This document shows, piece after piece, positions 13,886-26,275 of a stretch of DNA of 64,000 nucleotides. This DNA comes from Chiloscyllium plagiosum (lineage: Eukaryota): positions 73,655,399 to 73,719,398 of the forward strand of contig NC_057711.1 of NCBI RefSeq assembly GCF_004010195.1, written 5' to 3'. Within the stretch, counting starts at the first letter, position 1. Each line of letters starts with the position of its first letter. Made by a program: the position numbers and the translations under genes. Under the pieces are notes generated by a model. The model had not been told where the DNA came from and did not search any database. It was given only the letters and a program-made list of their open reading frames with translations.

Positions 13886-14215
13886 TGACATGGCTGAGTG
13901 GTTAGTCAGGGAACCCAGGGTCCTGGGTTGATTACATCATCGGCCATCTGTCTATGTGGAGTTTGCACATTCTCCCTATGTCAGTGTAGGTTTTCTCTGG
14001 GTGCTTTGGTTTCCTCCCACAGTCCAAAAATACACAGGAAAGGTTAAGAGGCTGTGCTAAATTGCCCATAATATCCATGGATGTGCAGGCTGGGTGGAAT
14101 ATACAAGGAAGTGTCGGGATGCAGGGATAGGTGGGGAGGTAGATTTGGGTGGGTTGCTCTTCAGAGGGTTGATGAGGACCTGATGGGCTGAATGGCCTGC
14201 TTCCACACTGATTCT
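13886..14215 (+). mobile_element. HE1-type SINE, diverged
   Basis: gagtttgcacattctccctatgtc...ttcctcccacagtccaaa...ctgcttccacactg. Confidence 0.8.
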
Positions 14216-15084
14216 AAAAGTGACCCTTGTCTTTGATGCTACTGGCCTACTTCCTTGCCATCCTTAATCTGGAGTCAAACCAGTGCAATGCTCAAGATCT
14301 CAATTATGAGCCAAATGCTGGGCAAATGGAACTAGATGAAGTTAGGATATCTGGTCAGCATGGACAAGTTGGACTGAGAGGTTTCCATGCTGTACATCTG
14401 TAGGCCTCTAATATGTCATGACCAGACAATGGCTGAATATTCTGGGGTGCCAAAGTCATACACCAAAAGGAATGTCTGCGCATCATCTAAGGAAATACAC
14501 AAAATTTCAACAGCATCACAAATTGAAAAATACCTGGTACAATAAGGCACAAGCAACTAGATTGTCAAATTTGTATATAGGATTAATGAGCTCATCTCTG
14601 ATAGGTATTGAGAGTTCCAGCATCCATAGCCCTGTGCTCTACTCACCTTTCTTGGCATATCAGAATGGTGCTGTACAGAGGTTACAAAGTAACACAAATT
14701 CTGGGAAGGTAAGGAGTCACATCACACTTATCTCTTACCTTTCTCCACCTCTGCCTATCCTTAACATTTTCTATTTGAATAAAACTAATGCTATCAAAAA
14801 CTACAAGCTTCTTATAACCATGGAGCCATTCCAGCACAAAACACGATTTGTGTTCTGAAAGACATTCCAGAATTTCTATACTTTCTGCAGTTGCAAGGTG
14901 TCACAAAGAAATGTACTTTCCAGACTTGTGTTTTTAAAAGTTCAGTTATGTCTTCCTTAGCTCCTTATATGGTTGCAATTTATTAAGAATAAAGCAATAT
15001 CCTAGTTACTTTATTATTTTGCATAATGATCAAAGTGATAAATCAAGTAATCATCACAGAGTAATGTCAAATTTTCTCCTGCAG

Positions 15085-15165
15085 TTGGAATTCAGATAGA
15101 TGCTGATGAAATGACTGAGACAGAAGAAGAAGAAGATGATGATGTTGATGATGATGATGATGATG
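15085..15165 (+). CDS. TMC2: TMC2 exon 2, acidic (VGIQIDADEMTETEEEEDDDVDDDDDD)
   Basis: Acceptor ttttctcctgcag, donor G|gtaag; 81 nt, phase 1-1, open frame. Reminiscent of the acidic N-terminus of TMC1. Confidence 0.75.
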
Positions 15166-15379
15166 GTAAGATAAAGAGAATTCATTTTAAAAATTGTCAG
15201 AGGCTTATCAATATTAGGCCATATAAAAGCGAATCTTGTCATTTGTTGTATTTAACAGTAACATTCTAAGTCAAGCATTGAAACAGTGAATTTTGCTGGT
15301 CTAATGTAATAAGATACCAGCCTTGGCTCAGTGTTTATGCTTTTTCCTCCTTAGTTGGATGGCTGTGGCTTCAAGCCAG

Positions 15380-18330
15380 TCACCAAACATGATTCTAGGA
15401 TGGTGTGTTGCTTCACTTGTGCTAGAGTCAAAGAGGCTACAAAGAGACAGCAGGACATTCATTTTGGGGAAGGTGAACAAGATTGTGATCTACATTAGTA
15501 CCAGTGACTGAGGTAGGATGGGGATGTTGTCCTGCAATCACTGTTAACAGAGCTAGGTAGAAAGTATGATCACAAATGTAACAGATTATTACCAATGCCA
15601 CATGTAAGTAAGTACAGAAATGGAAGGATAAGGCAAATGAATGTGTGGCTGGAAAGATGTTGCAGGAGGGAGGGTTTTAGGTTCCTGGCACACTGGGATG
15701 GGCTTTATGGAAGATGGGACCTGAACTACTCAAACATAATTCACCTAAACAGAGCTGAGACTGAGTTCCTTGTGGGACATTTTGCTAATGCTGTTGGGAG
15801 AAACTTGGCAGAAGTGTGGGAACTGAGAGAGAAAATTGGAGAACTGTTACCATTCTATACTAAGTACTTGCAGACACTGGTGCAGTGTAAGGGAGAAAGT
15901 AATGGAATGGGTTGTTTGCATGCATGTAAATGTACAGAGAGGATGTCATAGACAGTTCAAGGACAGAAACAATTTAGCTAGAACTAAAATGTAAAAAGGG
16001 TGCCATTACGTTGTTCAGTGTAAACTATAGAACAATAACTAGTGGGATGAATGTAGAGGAGCAAGTTTGCATATGAGAGAAGCAAAATGGGATTATGAGA
16101 AAGTCTGTCATGTTGGACGTAAATAGGAATCCCAAAGTCTGCTAGAAGAAAGTGAGACTGGGCATTGCAAATGCACTGACCATAATTTCCTAGACTCAGA
16201 GATGGTACCAGAGGATTGAAAAATTGCAGATATTACGATCCTGTTCAAGAAAGGGTATAAGGAATTGTCTAGAAATTACTGAGCAATCAATTTAATTTCA
16301 GAGTTGGGGAAGCTTTTGGAAACAATTATACAGAATAGAAATAGTAGTCACATGGAAAAAGGGGGTTGATTAGGAAGATTTGGCATGGATTTCTAATCAT
16401 GGGTGTTCAAGATATGAAGTAAGGATTGATAAGGTTAATGTATATGAACTTTCAAAAGGCATTTGATACACACAACAGACTAATAAGAAATGCTACAGTG
16501 CATGGAATAGAATGGACAAAGGAAGTGCAGATACAAAATTGGCTGAGTGATAGGAAGCAGAGTAATGGAGGATGGATATTTTTAGATTGGAGGAAAGTTT
16601 GTAGTGGAGTTCTTCATGGCTTGGAATTTGGATAGATATTTAAAGAATTGCTGAGCATGAACACATTCCTCCCTGTTGGTTACCCATCCCCAGACTCCTC
16701 CCACACCAATCCCCATATCCTATTCTGCATAAGTTGCTTCCACCATAGCCAACCCCACTTCAGCTGTTTACAATTCTCCTTAACACCATTCAAAATTTAC
16801 TTTTCTCATGGATTACTATCAGCAATGCCTTTTTCTGCTTCCTAATTTATTTTCTCTCTCTAGGCCTCACCTTCACCTATCTGACTCATTCCTTCATCAG
16901 CTCCCCCTCAGTGCTGCCAAATCTCCCCCCATCATCAAATTCAATATCATCATTTTCCAGCTGCTTTCAGTTCCACATGAAGGATCAGTGGACTTGAAAC
17001 ATTAACTCTGTTTTCTCTCCCCTGATGCTGCCAGACCTGCTGAGCTCCTCCACTACTTTCTGTTTGTACGTTGGTGTTTGGAACATGCTTGTCCTGTTAT
17101 ACATCTAGATCTTGGTGTGCTGGGGACCATTTCAAAGTTTGCAGATGATATAAAACTTGGAAGCATTATAAACTGTGGGGAGGACTATTATAGAATTTCA
17201 AATGGACATAGATAAATTGGTGGAGTGGGCAGATACTTGATGTTCAATGCAGAAATGTAAAAGGTGATGCATTTTGTTAGGAAGAATGTGGACTAAACAT
17301 AAAAGGGGAACAATTCTAAAGGTGATGCAGGAGCAGAGAACATAAGAACTAAGTATGGAATTAGGCAATTCTGTCCCTCAAACCTGCTTCTTTATTCAGT
17401 ATGCTGATGGCTGATCTCGCCTTGGCCTCAGTTCCACTCCCCTGCTCACTGCCCATAAATCTTTAACCCAATCTTAATTAAAAATCTATCTCCTCCTTAA
17501 ATTTATTCAGCGTCCCAGTATCCACTGCACTTTGAAGGAGTAAACTCCACACAAGCATGTCCCTTTGAGAGAAAGGATTCCTCTTTATCTCTCGATCTGT
17601 CATCCCTAGCCTAAAACTATGACCTCTTGTTCTAACTAGCCCCATAAGGGGCAACATCTGCTTTACATCTATTTTGTCAACCCTTTTTTGCAACTTACAT
17701 ACATCAATCAGATCTCCTCTCATTTCCCATAATCTCTAGACCATATAGGTCTGATTTGCTCAATTTCTCCTCATAAGACACACCTTTTAGTTTTGGAATT
17801 AATTGAATTAATCTTCTCTGAACTGTCTCAATTTGGACTTGGATGCACATGTGCACAGGTCATTGAAGGTGCAGAATGGTTGGAGAGGACAGTTAGTAAA
17901 ACATACTTTTTTTTATTAGGGGCATAGAATACAAGAGTAAGGAGGTTATGCTGAGATTGACAAGCCATTTGTTAGACTTCATGTGGATTATTGAGTACAG
18001 TTCTGGGTGACACACTGTAGGAAGGATGTTAATGCATTGGAGAAAAGCTAGAGGAGATTTACAAGTATGGTTCCTGGGATGAGAAATTTCAATTGTAACA
18101 ATAAACTGCAGAAGCTGGGACTGTTCTCCTTGGAGTGAAGAAGCCTTGAAGAGATCTGATAGAAGGTTTCAAAAAAGGGAATGTCTGAACAGAGCAGATA
18201 AGGAGAAACTGTTCCTACTCCCAAGGATTGAGAATGAGAAAGCATGGTTTCAAGTGATTTGCAAAAGTAGCAGGTGTGATGTGAGAAAATGTTTCTTCAC
18301 ACAATAGTAGTTTGGGTGGAATGCATTGCC
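15380..18330 (+). mobile_element. Old, long CR1 relic (ORF1 esterase-like, EN and RT remnants) interrupted by a PLE end (about 16650-17070) and an antisense CR1 end (about 17335-17830)
   Basis: NVWLERCCRREGFRFLAHWD...HLNR (CR1 ORF1-like), YMNFQKAFD, KFADDIK; the RT resumes after the inserts. Confidence 0.75.
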
Positions 18331-18379
18331 TGGGTTTTTTTTTTCTCTCTCTCTCTTTGTCTCTCTCTCTCTGCAAGCT

Positions 18380-18590
18380 CCCTGTCCATCTATTCGCTCT
18401 ATCCTCTCTCCTACTCCCACACCCACCTATTATCAACATAAATATCACCTTTTCCTGGTTATCAGTTCTGAAGAAGAGTCACTGGATTTGACACATTAAT
18501 GCTGATTTATCTTCATAGATGCTGCCAGACCTGCAGCGTTTCTCCAACAATTTCTGTTTTTGCTTCTTTCAGATCTCCAGTAACCGCCAT
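18380..18590 (+). mobile_element. PLE family-2 terminal fragment with degenerate hammerhead (18464-18500)
   Basis: agttctgaagaagagtcactggatttgacacattaat...agatgctgccagacctg. Confidence 0.6.
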
Positions 18591-18770
18591 TAGAGTCATA
18601 GAGTCATAAAACACGGAAACAGGCCCTTTGGCTGAACTCACCCATGCTGACCAAGTTCCCGAAACAGAACGAGTCCCATTTGCCTGCATTTGGCCCATGT
18701 CCTGCTAAATCTTTCCTATCCATGTAACTGTCCAAATGTCTTTTAAATGTTGAAATTGTATTCATCTTTA
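18591..18770 (-). mobile_element. CR1 3' end
   Basis: tagagtcatagagtcat tail and CR1 3'UTR in reverse complement. Confidence 0.85.
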
Positions 18771-19089
18771 CGGTACCCTTGTAGTTTTGATCCTTTGTGA
18801 CCATTTATACTCCCCTTTTATAGTCTCCCCCATTTCTGAAAGTGTCAACTCATACTGAAGTTGGCTTCTGTTTCAGCATCTTGCCAAGGAACTTTACACG
18901 TTCAGTAAGCCTAGAACCCTAACTCTGGACCAGACAAGACAGAAACCTGTTCTTGTCCTCACCTCACATCTACATGGGGTCACAAGCTCCAGCTGGTAAA
19001 CCTAGATTGCAAACAGAAGAAGGAGCTTTGATTAATTTTTCACTCACAATTTCGCAGAATTGAGGTCAATTACATTGTTTAAGGTGGTG

Positions 19090-19380
19090 GTATTCAAAAC
19101 TAGGGAGCACATTTTTAAGGTGGAAGGAGAAAGATTTAAACAGAGAATGAGGGGCAAATTTTCTTTTACACAGAGAGTGGTTAGTGTGTGGAATGAATTG
19201 CCAGAGGGAGTGATGGATGCAGGTACAGGTACAACATTTAAATGGCATTTGAATAAATACATGAATAGGAAAGGTAGGGAGGAATATGGGCCAAATGCAG
19301 GCAGGTGGGACTAGTTTCGTTTGGGAACATGGTCAGTGTGGACTAGTTGGACTGAAGGGTCTGTTTCTATGCTCTATCTA
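19090..19380 (+). mobile_element. CR1 3' end
   Basis: KTREHIFKV...FTQRVVSVWNELP followed by 3'UTR ggactgaagggtctgtttc. Confidence 0.85.
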
Positions 19381-19529
19381 TCCCGCTACCTTGATTGAGA
19401 TCAGTTACAGAAACACAGGGGTGGGAATCAAACTTAATCCTTTCCTCCTGTTCTGTCATTTCAGTCGTTGGCAGGAATTGAAATGGAAATATTTCTGTTT
19501 TATTTTCTGTAACTTTTCTGTCAATGCAG

Positions 19530-20001
19530 AGGAAGAAGACATAAAGCAGCCAGCGAAGGTTAGAAAGAAACAAAACACTAGAAAACCATCTAAAACATCT
19601 GAAGAGGATGAGGATAATTCGGAAAAAGATACCAAACCCAAAGGAAGAAATAACAGGAGGAGACCTCCAGCTCAGAATGGGATAAGAAAGAACAACAGGA
19701 ATGATAAAAGTGGTGAGAGTGAAGAAGAAGAAAGCAGAGATACAGCTAAAAATGCAAGGACGAAAGGAAGAAACAAGAAGAATAGTAAAGGAGAGGAAAG
19801 TGATGATGACAGTGAATTAGAAGGAGAAAATAAGAAAACAAGGAAGCACCCAGTGCATAACAATAATAGAAATAATAGGAATAATGCTAACAAAAAGCAG
19901 AAAGATGAAGATAATAAAAAGGTGAAACAAGCAAACAATAAAGGCAATAGAAAGGGTGAAAAAGACAAAGGGAAAAACAAGAAGAAGGGCAAATCCTCCA
20001 G
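19530..20001 (+). CDS. TMC2: TMC2 exon 3, charged low-complexity N-terminal region
   Basis: Acceptor tcaatgcag, donor AG|gtattt; 472 nt open (within ORF 19286-20029), phase 1-2; joins the Ser run of the next exon. Confidence 0.85.
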
Positions 20002-20489
20002 GTATTTGGTTTCTCTTTACTGTGCATGAACATTACACATGAATTACAATAGATATTATAATAGCGCAAAAAGAATCACGTGAATGTAAAACAAAATAAA
20101 TGCCAGCTGCATATAATGTATTTGTTAAGACATAAGGCTATGTATGGTTTTCTTGTCTATACAAATGGAAAACCATTGCTATTTTGAAATGTTCCATCAA
20201 ATAATGAATGAGCCTTTAATCAAAAGTGTATAAACCTAGAAATGTAATACATTGCACTTTTAGATAATGGTATGGTTGCCATAGCCTTACCAGGCAATAA
20301 GACTGCTCTCTCATTCAAGACCAAGGCGATTAGTGATGGTTTAAACTGAGGTCCTCCATGTTTTAGGCGAGGAGAAAGGTTGAGCTAACCAGCTCAGTTT
20401 TCTAATCAAATATGATTATAAAGAGTTCATCAGTAAACAAAGCAAGGAGATTTTCAAGATCAGAGATGACAAAAAATATATCCTCTGAT

Positions 20490-20805
20490 ACGGTAGGGTG
20501 GCTCAGTAGCTAGCTCACAGCAAGAAGGACCCAGGTTCAATTCAACATTCGGTCAACTATGTGGCGTTTGCGCATTGTCCTCATGGAAAACATGGATTCC
20601 CTCCAGGTACTCCGGTGTCCTCCCACATTCCAAAGGTATGTGGGTTAAATGGATTGGCCATGCTAAATTTCCCATAGTGTCCAGGGATATGTGGATTAGC
20701 ATGGGATGGAATGGGGGTTGGTCTGGGTGGAAGGCTGTTCGGGGAGTCAGTGTAGACTCGATGGGTTGAATGATCTGCTTCCACCCTTTGAGGATTCTAT
20801 GATTC
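20490..20805 (+). mobile_element. HE1-type SINE
   Basis: gtggctcagtag...ccaggttcaattc...tggccatgctaaatt...ggattctatgattct. Confidence 0.8.
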
Positions 20806-21934
20806 TGACTCTGTCCCATACGTCTACATGCCCCATTGTGGTCTGCAACTAGACTTTACTTATCACAGTACTGAAAGAAAGGAATAAAAATTTAAAGCAT
20901 ATTAAATAAAAATAGAGAATGTTTGAAGTAGAATTAACGTCTGTCAATAACTGAAAGTTTTGGGTGTAATTTTATGTTAACACTTTGAAATCTGATTTAG
21001 GGTTATGAGACTATTTTCTCGTTGCAAATGCTTCTGAAGTACTGCAAGTTTCCATTATTTTCTATTTTTATTACAGATGTCTAGCATATGGTGTGTACGT
21101 TTAAATCAATGAAATTAAACTTTCATGTTTGTAGCAAACATTGTTTGGGTGAATTGGGCAATATTTCAAAACATTTTTGAATCATGATAGACCACCAGAG
21201 TGGAACTATTTGATGTGGTATGAGTAGAAAAAATGTATTTAAATCGCTGAACAATGGGATATTCAGTATTTCAAAGGAATGGAAAAATGTTTGCACGTAT
21301 GTATGGGAATCAGGAGAGAATTCCAGACAGGAATTCCAGAATGACTAGAGTATAGTACATAGGATTGGTGATGTATTGGTGCAGATTGGCATGCAGTGTT
21401 ATCATGCTGTGATAGTAACAGAGATGTAGTTAAAGAAAGAGGAGGACTGGGAGCTAAATGTTTCTGAAAGCAAGGTATTCAGGAAAGATACCAAATGGAA
21501 GAGGAGGATGTATCAGTGACAGTACTGATTAGGGACAGCACTGCAATGCTGGTGAAAGACAATGGTGCAGAGGATTCATGGGTAAAATCGATATGGTAAT
21601 TTGGCTTGACCTAAGGAACAAAAATGTGCAATCGCACTGTTCAGTGTAGTCTATAGGCCTGCAACTAATGGAGAGGAATTAAGAGGAACAAATCTGCAAG
21701 AAAATTACAAAGAACTAGTAAACTATGAAAGTGTCATAATCGGATAGTTTATTTATTGATGTAGGAGACAATCCTGAGGGATAGGATTACATGGATTTGA
21801 AAGACTAGGACAGATTAGGCATGGTCAGCGTGGCTTTTGCGTGAGAAGTCACGTCTCACAAATTTGATTGAATTTTTTGAAGAAGTAACAAAGAGGATTG
21901 ATGAGGGCAGAGTGGTAGACATGATCTATATGGA

Positions 21935-23167
21935 GGTAAAAACAAGGACTGCAGAAACTGGAAACCAGAGTCTAGATTAGAGTGGTGCTGGAAAAACACA
22001 GCAGGTCAGGCAGCATCCGAGGAACAGGAGAATCGACGTTTCGGGCATAAGCCCTTCTTTAGGAATAGAGGCAGGGTGCCTGCAGAGTGGAGAGATAAAT
22101 GAGAGGGGAGTGGGGAGAAAGTAGCATAGAGTACAATAGGTGAATGGGGGTGGGGATGGNNNNNNNNNNNNNNNNNNNNNNNNNNNNNNNNNNNNNNNNN
22201 NNNNNNNNNNNNNNNNNNNNNNNNNNNNNNNNNNNNNNNNNNNNNNNNNNNNNNNNNNNNNNNNNNNNNNNNNNNNNGGTGGTGAGGGAGCGGCGGTGAA
22301 GGAGGCCCAGGACCTGCATGTCCTTGGCAGAATGGGAGGGGGAGTTGAAATGTTGGGTCACAGGGCGGTGTGGTTGATTGGTGCGGGTGGCCCGGTGATG
22401 TTCCTTAAAGCGCTCTGCTAGGAGGCGTCCAGTCTCCCCAATGTAGAGGAGACCGCATCGGGTGCAACGGATACAATAAATGATATTGGTGGATGTGCAG
22501 GTAAAACTTTGATGGATATGGAAGGCTCCTTTGGGGCCTTGGTTGGCGGTGAGGGAGGAGGTGTGGGCGCAGGATTTGCAATTCCTGCGGTGGCAGGGGA
22601 GGGTGCCAGGAAGGGAGGGTGGGTTGTACGGGGGGCGTGGACCTGACCAGGTAGTCTTTGCGGAAAGCGGAAATGGTTGGGGAGGGAAATATATCCCTGG
22701 AGGTAGGGTCCGTTTGGAGGTGGCGGAAATGTCAGATGATGTGGTTTATGCGAAGGTTGGTAGAGTGGAAGGTGAGCACCAGGGGGTTTCTGCCCTTGTT
22801 AAGGTTCGAGGGGTGGGGTTTGAGGGAGGAGGTGTGAGATGTGGACGAGGTGCGTTTGAAGGCATCTTTAACCATGTGGGAAGGGAAATTGTGGTCTCTA
22901 AAGAAGGAGGTCATCTGGTGTGTTCTGTGGTGGAATTGGTCCTCCTGGGAGCAGATACAGTGGAGGCAGAGGAATCGCGAATATGGGATGGCATTTTTGC
23001 AGGAGGTAGGGTGGGAAGAGGTGTAATCTAGGTAGCTGTGGGAGTCGGTGGGTTTGTGAAAAATGTCAGTGTCAAGTTGGTTGTCATTAATGGAGATGAG
23101 AAGTCCAGGAAGGGGAGGGAGGTGTCAGAGATGGTCCAGATGAATTTAAGGTCATGATGGAATGTGT
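21935..23167 (-). mobile_element. Penelope-like element (Neptune-like), 5'-truncated, with GIY-YIG endonuclease
   Basis: Minus strand reads FTCTSTNIIYCIRCTRCGLLYIGETGRLLAERFKEH plus RT thumb motifs; flanked by tatgga (21929-21934 and 23168-23173); contains a gap. Confidence 0.9.
22160..22277. other. Assembly gap
   Basis: Run of N. Confidence 1.
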
Positions 23168-23211
23168 TATGGACTTCAGTAAGGCATTCAACAAGATTCC
23201 TCATGGGAGAC

Positions 23212-23517
23212 TTTTTTTTTAGATTACTTACAGTGTGGAAACAGGCCCTTCGGCCCAACAAGTCCACACCGACCCGCCGAAGCGCAACGCACCAATACCC
23301 TACATTTACCCCTTACCTAACACTATGGGCAATTTAGCATGGCCAATTCAACTGGCCTGCACATCTTTGGACTGTGGGAGGAAACCGGAGCACCCGGAGG
23401 AAACTCAAGCAGACACGGGGAGAATGTGCACACAGTCAGTCGCCTGAGGCGGGAGTTGAACCCGGGTCTCTGGTGCTGTGAGGCAGCAGTGCTAACCACT
23501 GTGCCACCGTGCCGCCC
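23212..23517 (-). mobile_element. HE1-type SINE, near full length, inside CR1
   Basis: Reverse complement reads gggcggcacggtggcacagtggttagcactgctgcc...gggttcaactccc...gtttccacactgtaagtaatctaa. Confidence 0.92.
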
Positions 23518-24999
23518 GCAACCTGCTTAGCGAGGTTAGACCTCATGGAATACAGGGAGAACTAGCCATTTGGATACAGACTGGCTTGAAGGTAGAAGAC
23601 AGAGGGTGGTGGTGGACGGTTGTTTTTCAGAATAGAGGCCAGTGACCAGTGGAGTGCCACAAGGATCGGTGCTGGATCTACTGCTTTTTGTCATTTGTTT
23701 AAATGATTTGGATGCGAGCATAAGAGGTAGAGTTAGTAAGTTTGCAAATGACACCAAAGTTGGGGGTGTAGTGGACAGCGAAGAAGGTTACCTCAGATTA
23801 CAACGGGATCTGGACCAGATGGGCCAATGGGCTGAGGAGTGGCAGATGGAGTTAAATTTAGATAAATATGAGGTGCTGCATTTTGGAAAAGCAAATCAGG
23901 ACAAGTCTTATACTCTTAATGGTAAGGTCCTAGGGAGTGTTGCTGAACAAAGAAATCTTGGAATGCAGGTTCATAGGTCCTTGAAAGTAGAGTTGTAGGT
24001 AGATAGGATAGTGAAGAAGGCATTTGGTGTTCTTTCCTTTATTGGTCAGAGCATTGAGTATAGGAGTTGGGAGGTCATGTTGCAGCTATACAGGACATTG
24101 GTTAGGCCACTTTTGGGATGTTGCATGCAATTCTGATCTTCTTCCCATTGGAAGCATGTTATGAAATTTGAAAGGGTTCAGAAAAGATTTACAAGGATGT
24201 TGCCAGGGTTGAAGGATTTGAGCTATGGGGAGAGGCTGAAGAGGCTGGAGTTGTTTTCCCTGGAGTGTGGGAAGTCCAGAACTAGAGGGCATATGTTTAG
24301 GGTGAGAGGGGAAAGATATAAAAGGGACCTAAGGGACAATTTTATCACGCAGATTGTGATTCGTGTATGGAATGAGCTGCCAAAGGAAGTGTGGAGGCTG
24401 GTACAATTACAGCATTTAAAAGGCATTTGGGTGGGCATATGAATAGGAAGCTTTTAGAGGCATATGGGCCGGGTGCTGGTAAATGGGACAAGATTAAGTT
24501 AGGATATCTGGTTAGCATGGATGAGTTTCTGTTTCCATGCTGCAAATCTCTATGACTCTATGCTTGTAGACTATGATCATGGTAATATAAAGGACACAGA
24601 GGAGTAAACATTGGTAGATAGTGTTCTTTTTCCACAACAGTGTGTCGACTCCAGTGGGAAAGGAGGCACTGTTAAACTTGCTTGGCAATAAGTTGGGCCA
24701 ATTAGATCACGAGTCAGTAGGGCACCAATTCAGAAACAGTAATCCTTTTGTCATAAAGTTTAAGATGATGATTGAAAAGAAAAGTAAACAATTCAGAAAA
24801 AGAATAATTACCAGGGGAAGCCCTGATGCTCATGGAGCAAGAATGGAGCTGGGTTGGATAACTGAAGGTGATGGGTAAAACTTTAACAATATGCTACCTT
24901 CAATGATGGGATGTTTCCAGTACAGGCAGGGTATATTCCATCAAAACGTAGGACAAACAAATCTAGCACTCTCTGAATAAAAGTGGAGATAAGAATATG

Positions 25000-26275
25000 T
25001 GTGTTGTATTATTGCATTGATCTCAGAAAAGCAATGTTTCTTTAAGACAGATAGCATCACTACATGTGGTTTCTAGTTTAAAGCTCTTTGCCTCACCTTC
25101 AGTGTAGCATGAAGTCAGTCAGTTAGACAGCCATGTGTAGTGTTACAATAATGTAATGCAGCTGCAACACTAGTAGGCCTCAAACCCAGACTATATGTAA
25201 GTCTGATATCTTATAAGGGTGTAAATAGTCAGTGTTGTCAGTAAACCTCAAGACAGCTTCAGGATTTACATGCTTGAATTCATGTAATAGCAAGAAAAAT
25301 CTGATGAAACTAGTGACCAATTCATCGACAGACTTTGCAAAGTTACAAATATGATTTCACCAAAGCTGACCCAGCTGAAAGGTATGTGGAACTATAGAAA
25401 GTATTATTGCTGCTGAACCCATTAAGTCCCTCCAAAATCCAGTTTTAGACAAACCCAAAGGATATACCATCGGCATTTGGTTGGGGAAGGAAGTAAATTC
25501 GAAGTAATTTTGGCAGGTCAGCAGCATTTACAGGTGCTTGACTCTGCAACAATGATTAAAACAATCACCAGGTTTAGTTAAGCATCCAAATCTTGTGGAG
25601 ATGTGGATTATCTCAAGCCTCTACCCCCAAAGAATGCCCAGTGTATTATGATGCATGCAAGCTCTTTGCCTCACCTTCAGTGTAGCATGAAGTCAGTCAG
25701 TTAGACAGCCATGTATAGTGTTACAATGATGTAATGCAGCTGCAACACTAGTAGGCCTCGAACCCAGACTATATGTAAGTCTGATATCTTATAATGGTGT
25801 AAATAGTCAGTGTTGTCAGTAAACCTCAAGACAGCTTATGATGCATGCAAGCAAGCTATGCTCTGCAAGACAGCATTGGGCTAAAATGTGAAAGAATTCC
25901 AATTGCACAAAGAAACACAGATGACAATACAATGCTCCATGTAAAGAGTCAACCTAGGAACAAAGACATTTCCATAGTTCTAGACAGCTTAAGGATTCCA
26001 TTCAGATAGTACATGTACAGATATAGTACACCACCTAGATACATTCAGAAAAGCTGATCTGTACCTCCATTCAAGTGATATGCCCCAAACGGAATTGACA
26101 ATATGCATTATGTGCCATGATTGACACTGCTGCAATTACAAAAAAAATCCCATCATAGATCTTACAAGATTTGTTCAGGAAACTGACACAATGTGACACC
26201 GTCCACATATGATAAGGCTAACTGCTTACAATGGATCTGATTTCCCATGCATTGGTATTATCCATTGCAAATTAT
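25000..26275 (+). mobile_element. Gypsy-type LTR retrotransposon relic (LTR-like segment, gag zinc knuckle, protease)
   Basis: KECPVYYDACKLCSARQHWAKM (knuckle, after removing the 25.65-25.85 kb insert), IDTAA (protease DTG-like), LTAYNGSDFPCIG. Confidence 0.6.

Larger units (their letters stand above)
21810..24562 (+). mobile_element. CR1 LINE interrupted by a PLE and a SINE
   Basis: RT colinear with the 4.1-5.4 kb copy (TSGVPQGSVL, SKFANDTK, ERVQKRFTRMLP); tail ctctatgactctatg at about 24548-24562. Confidence 0.9.

Noticed and set aside
19672..19992. Hydrophobic F/L-rich minus-strand ORF resembling a membrane protein
   Set aside because: It is the antisense shadow of the purine-rich TMC2 exon 3.
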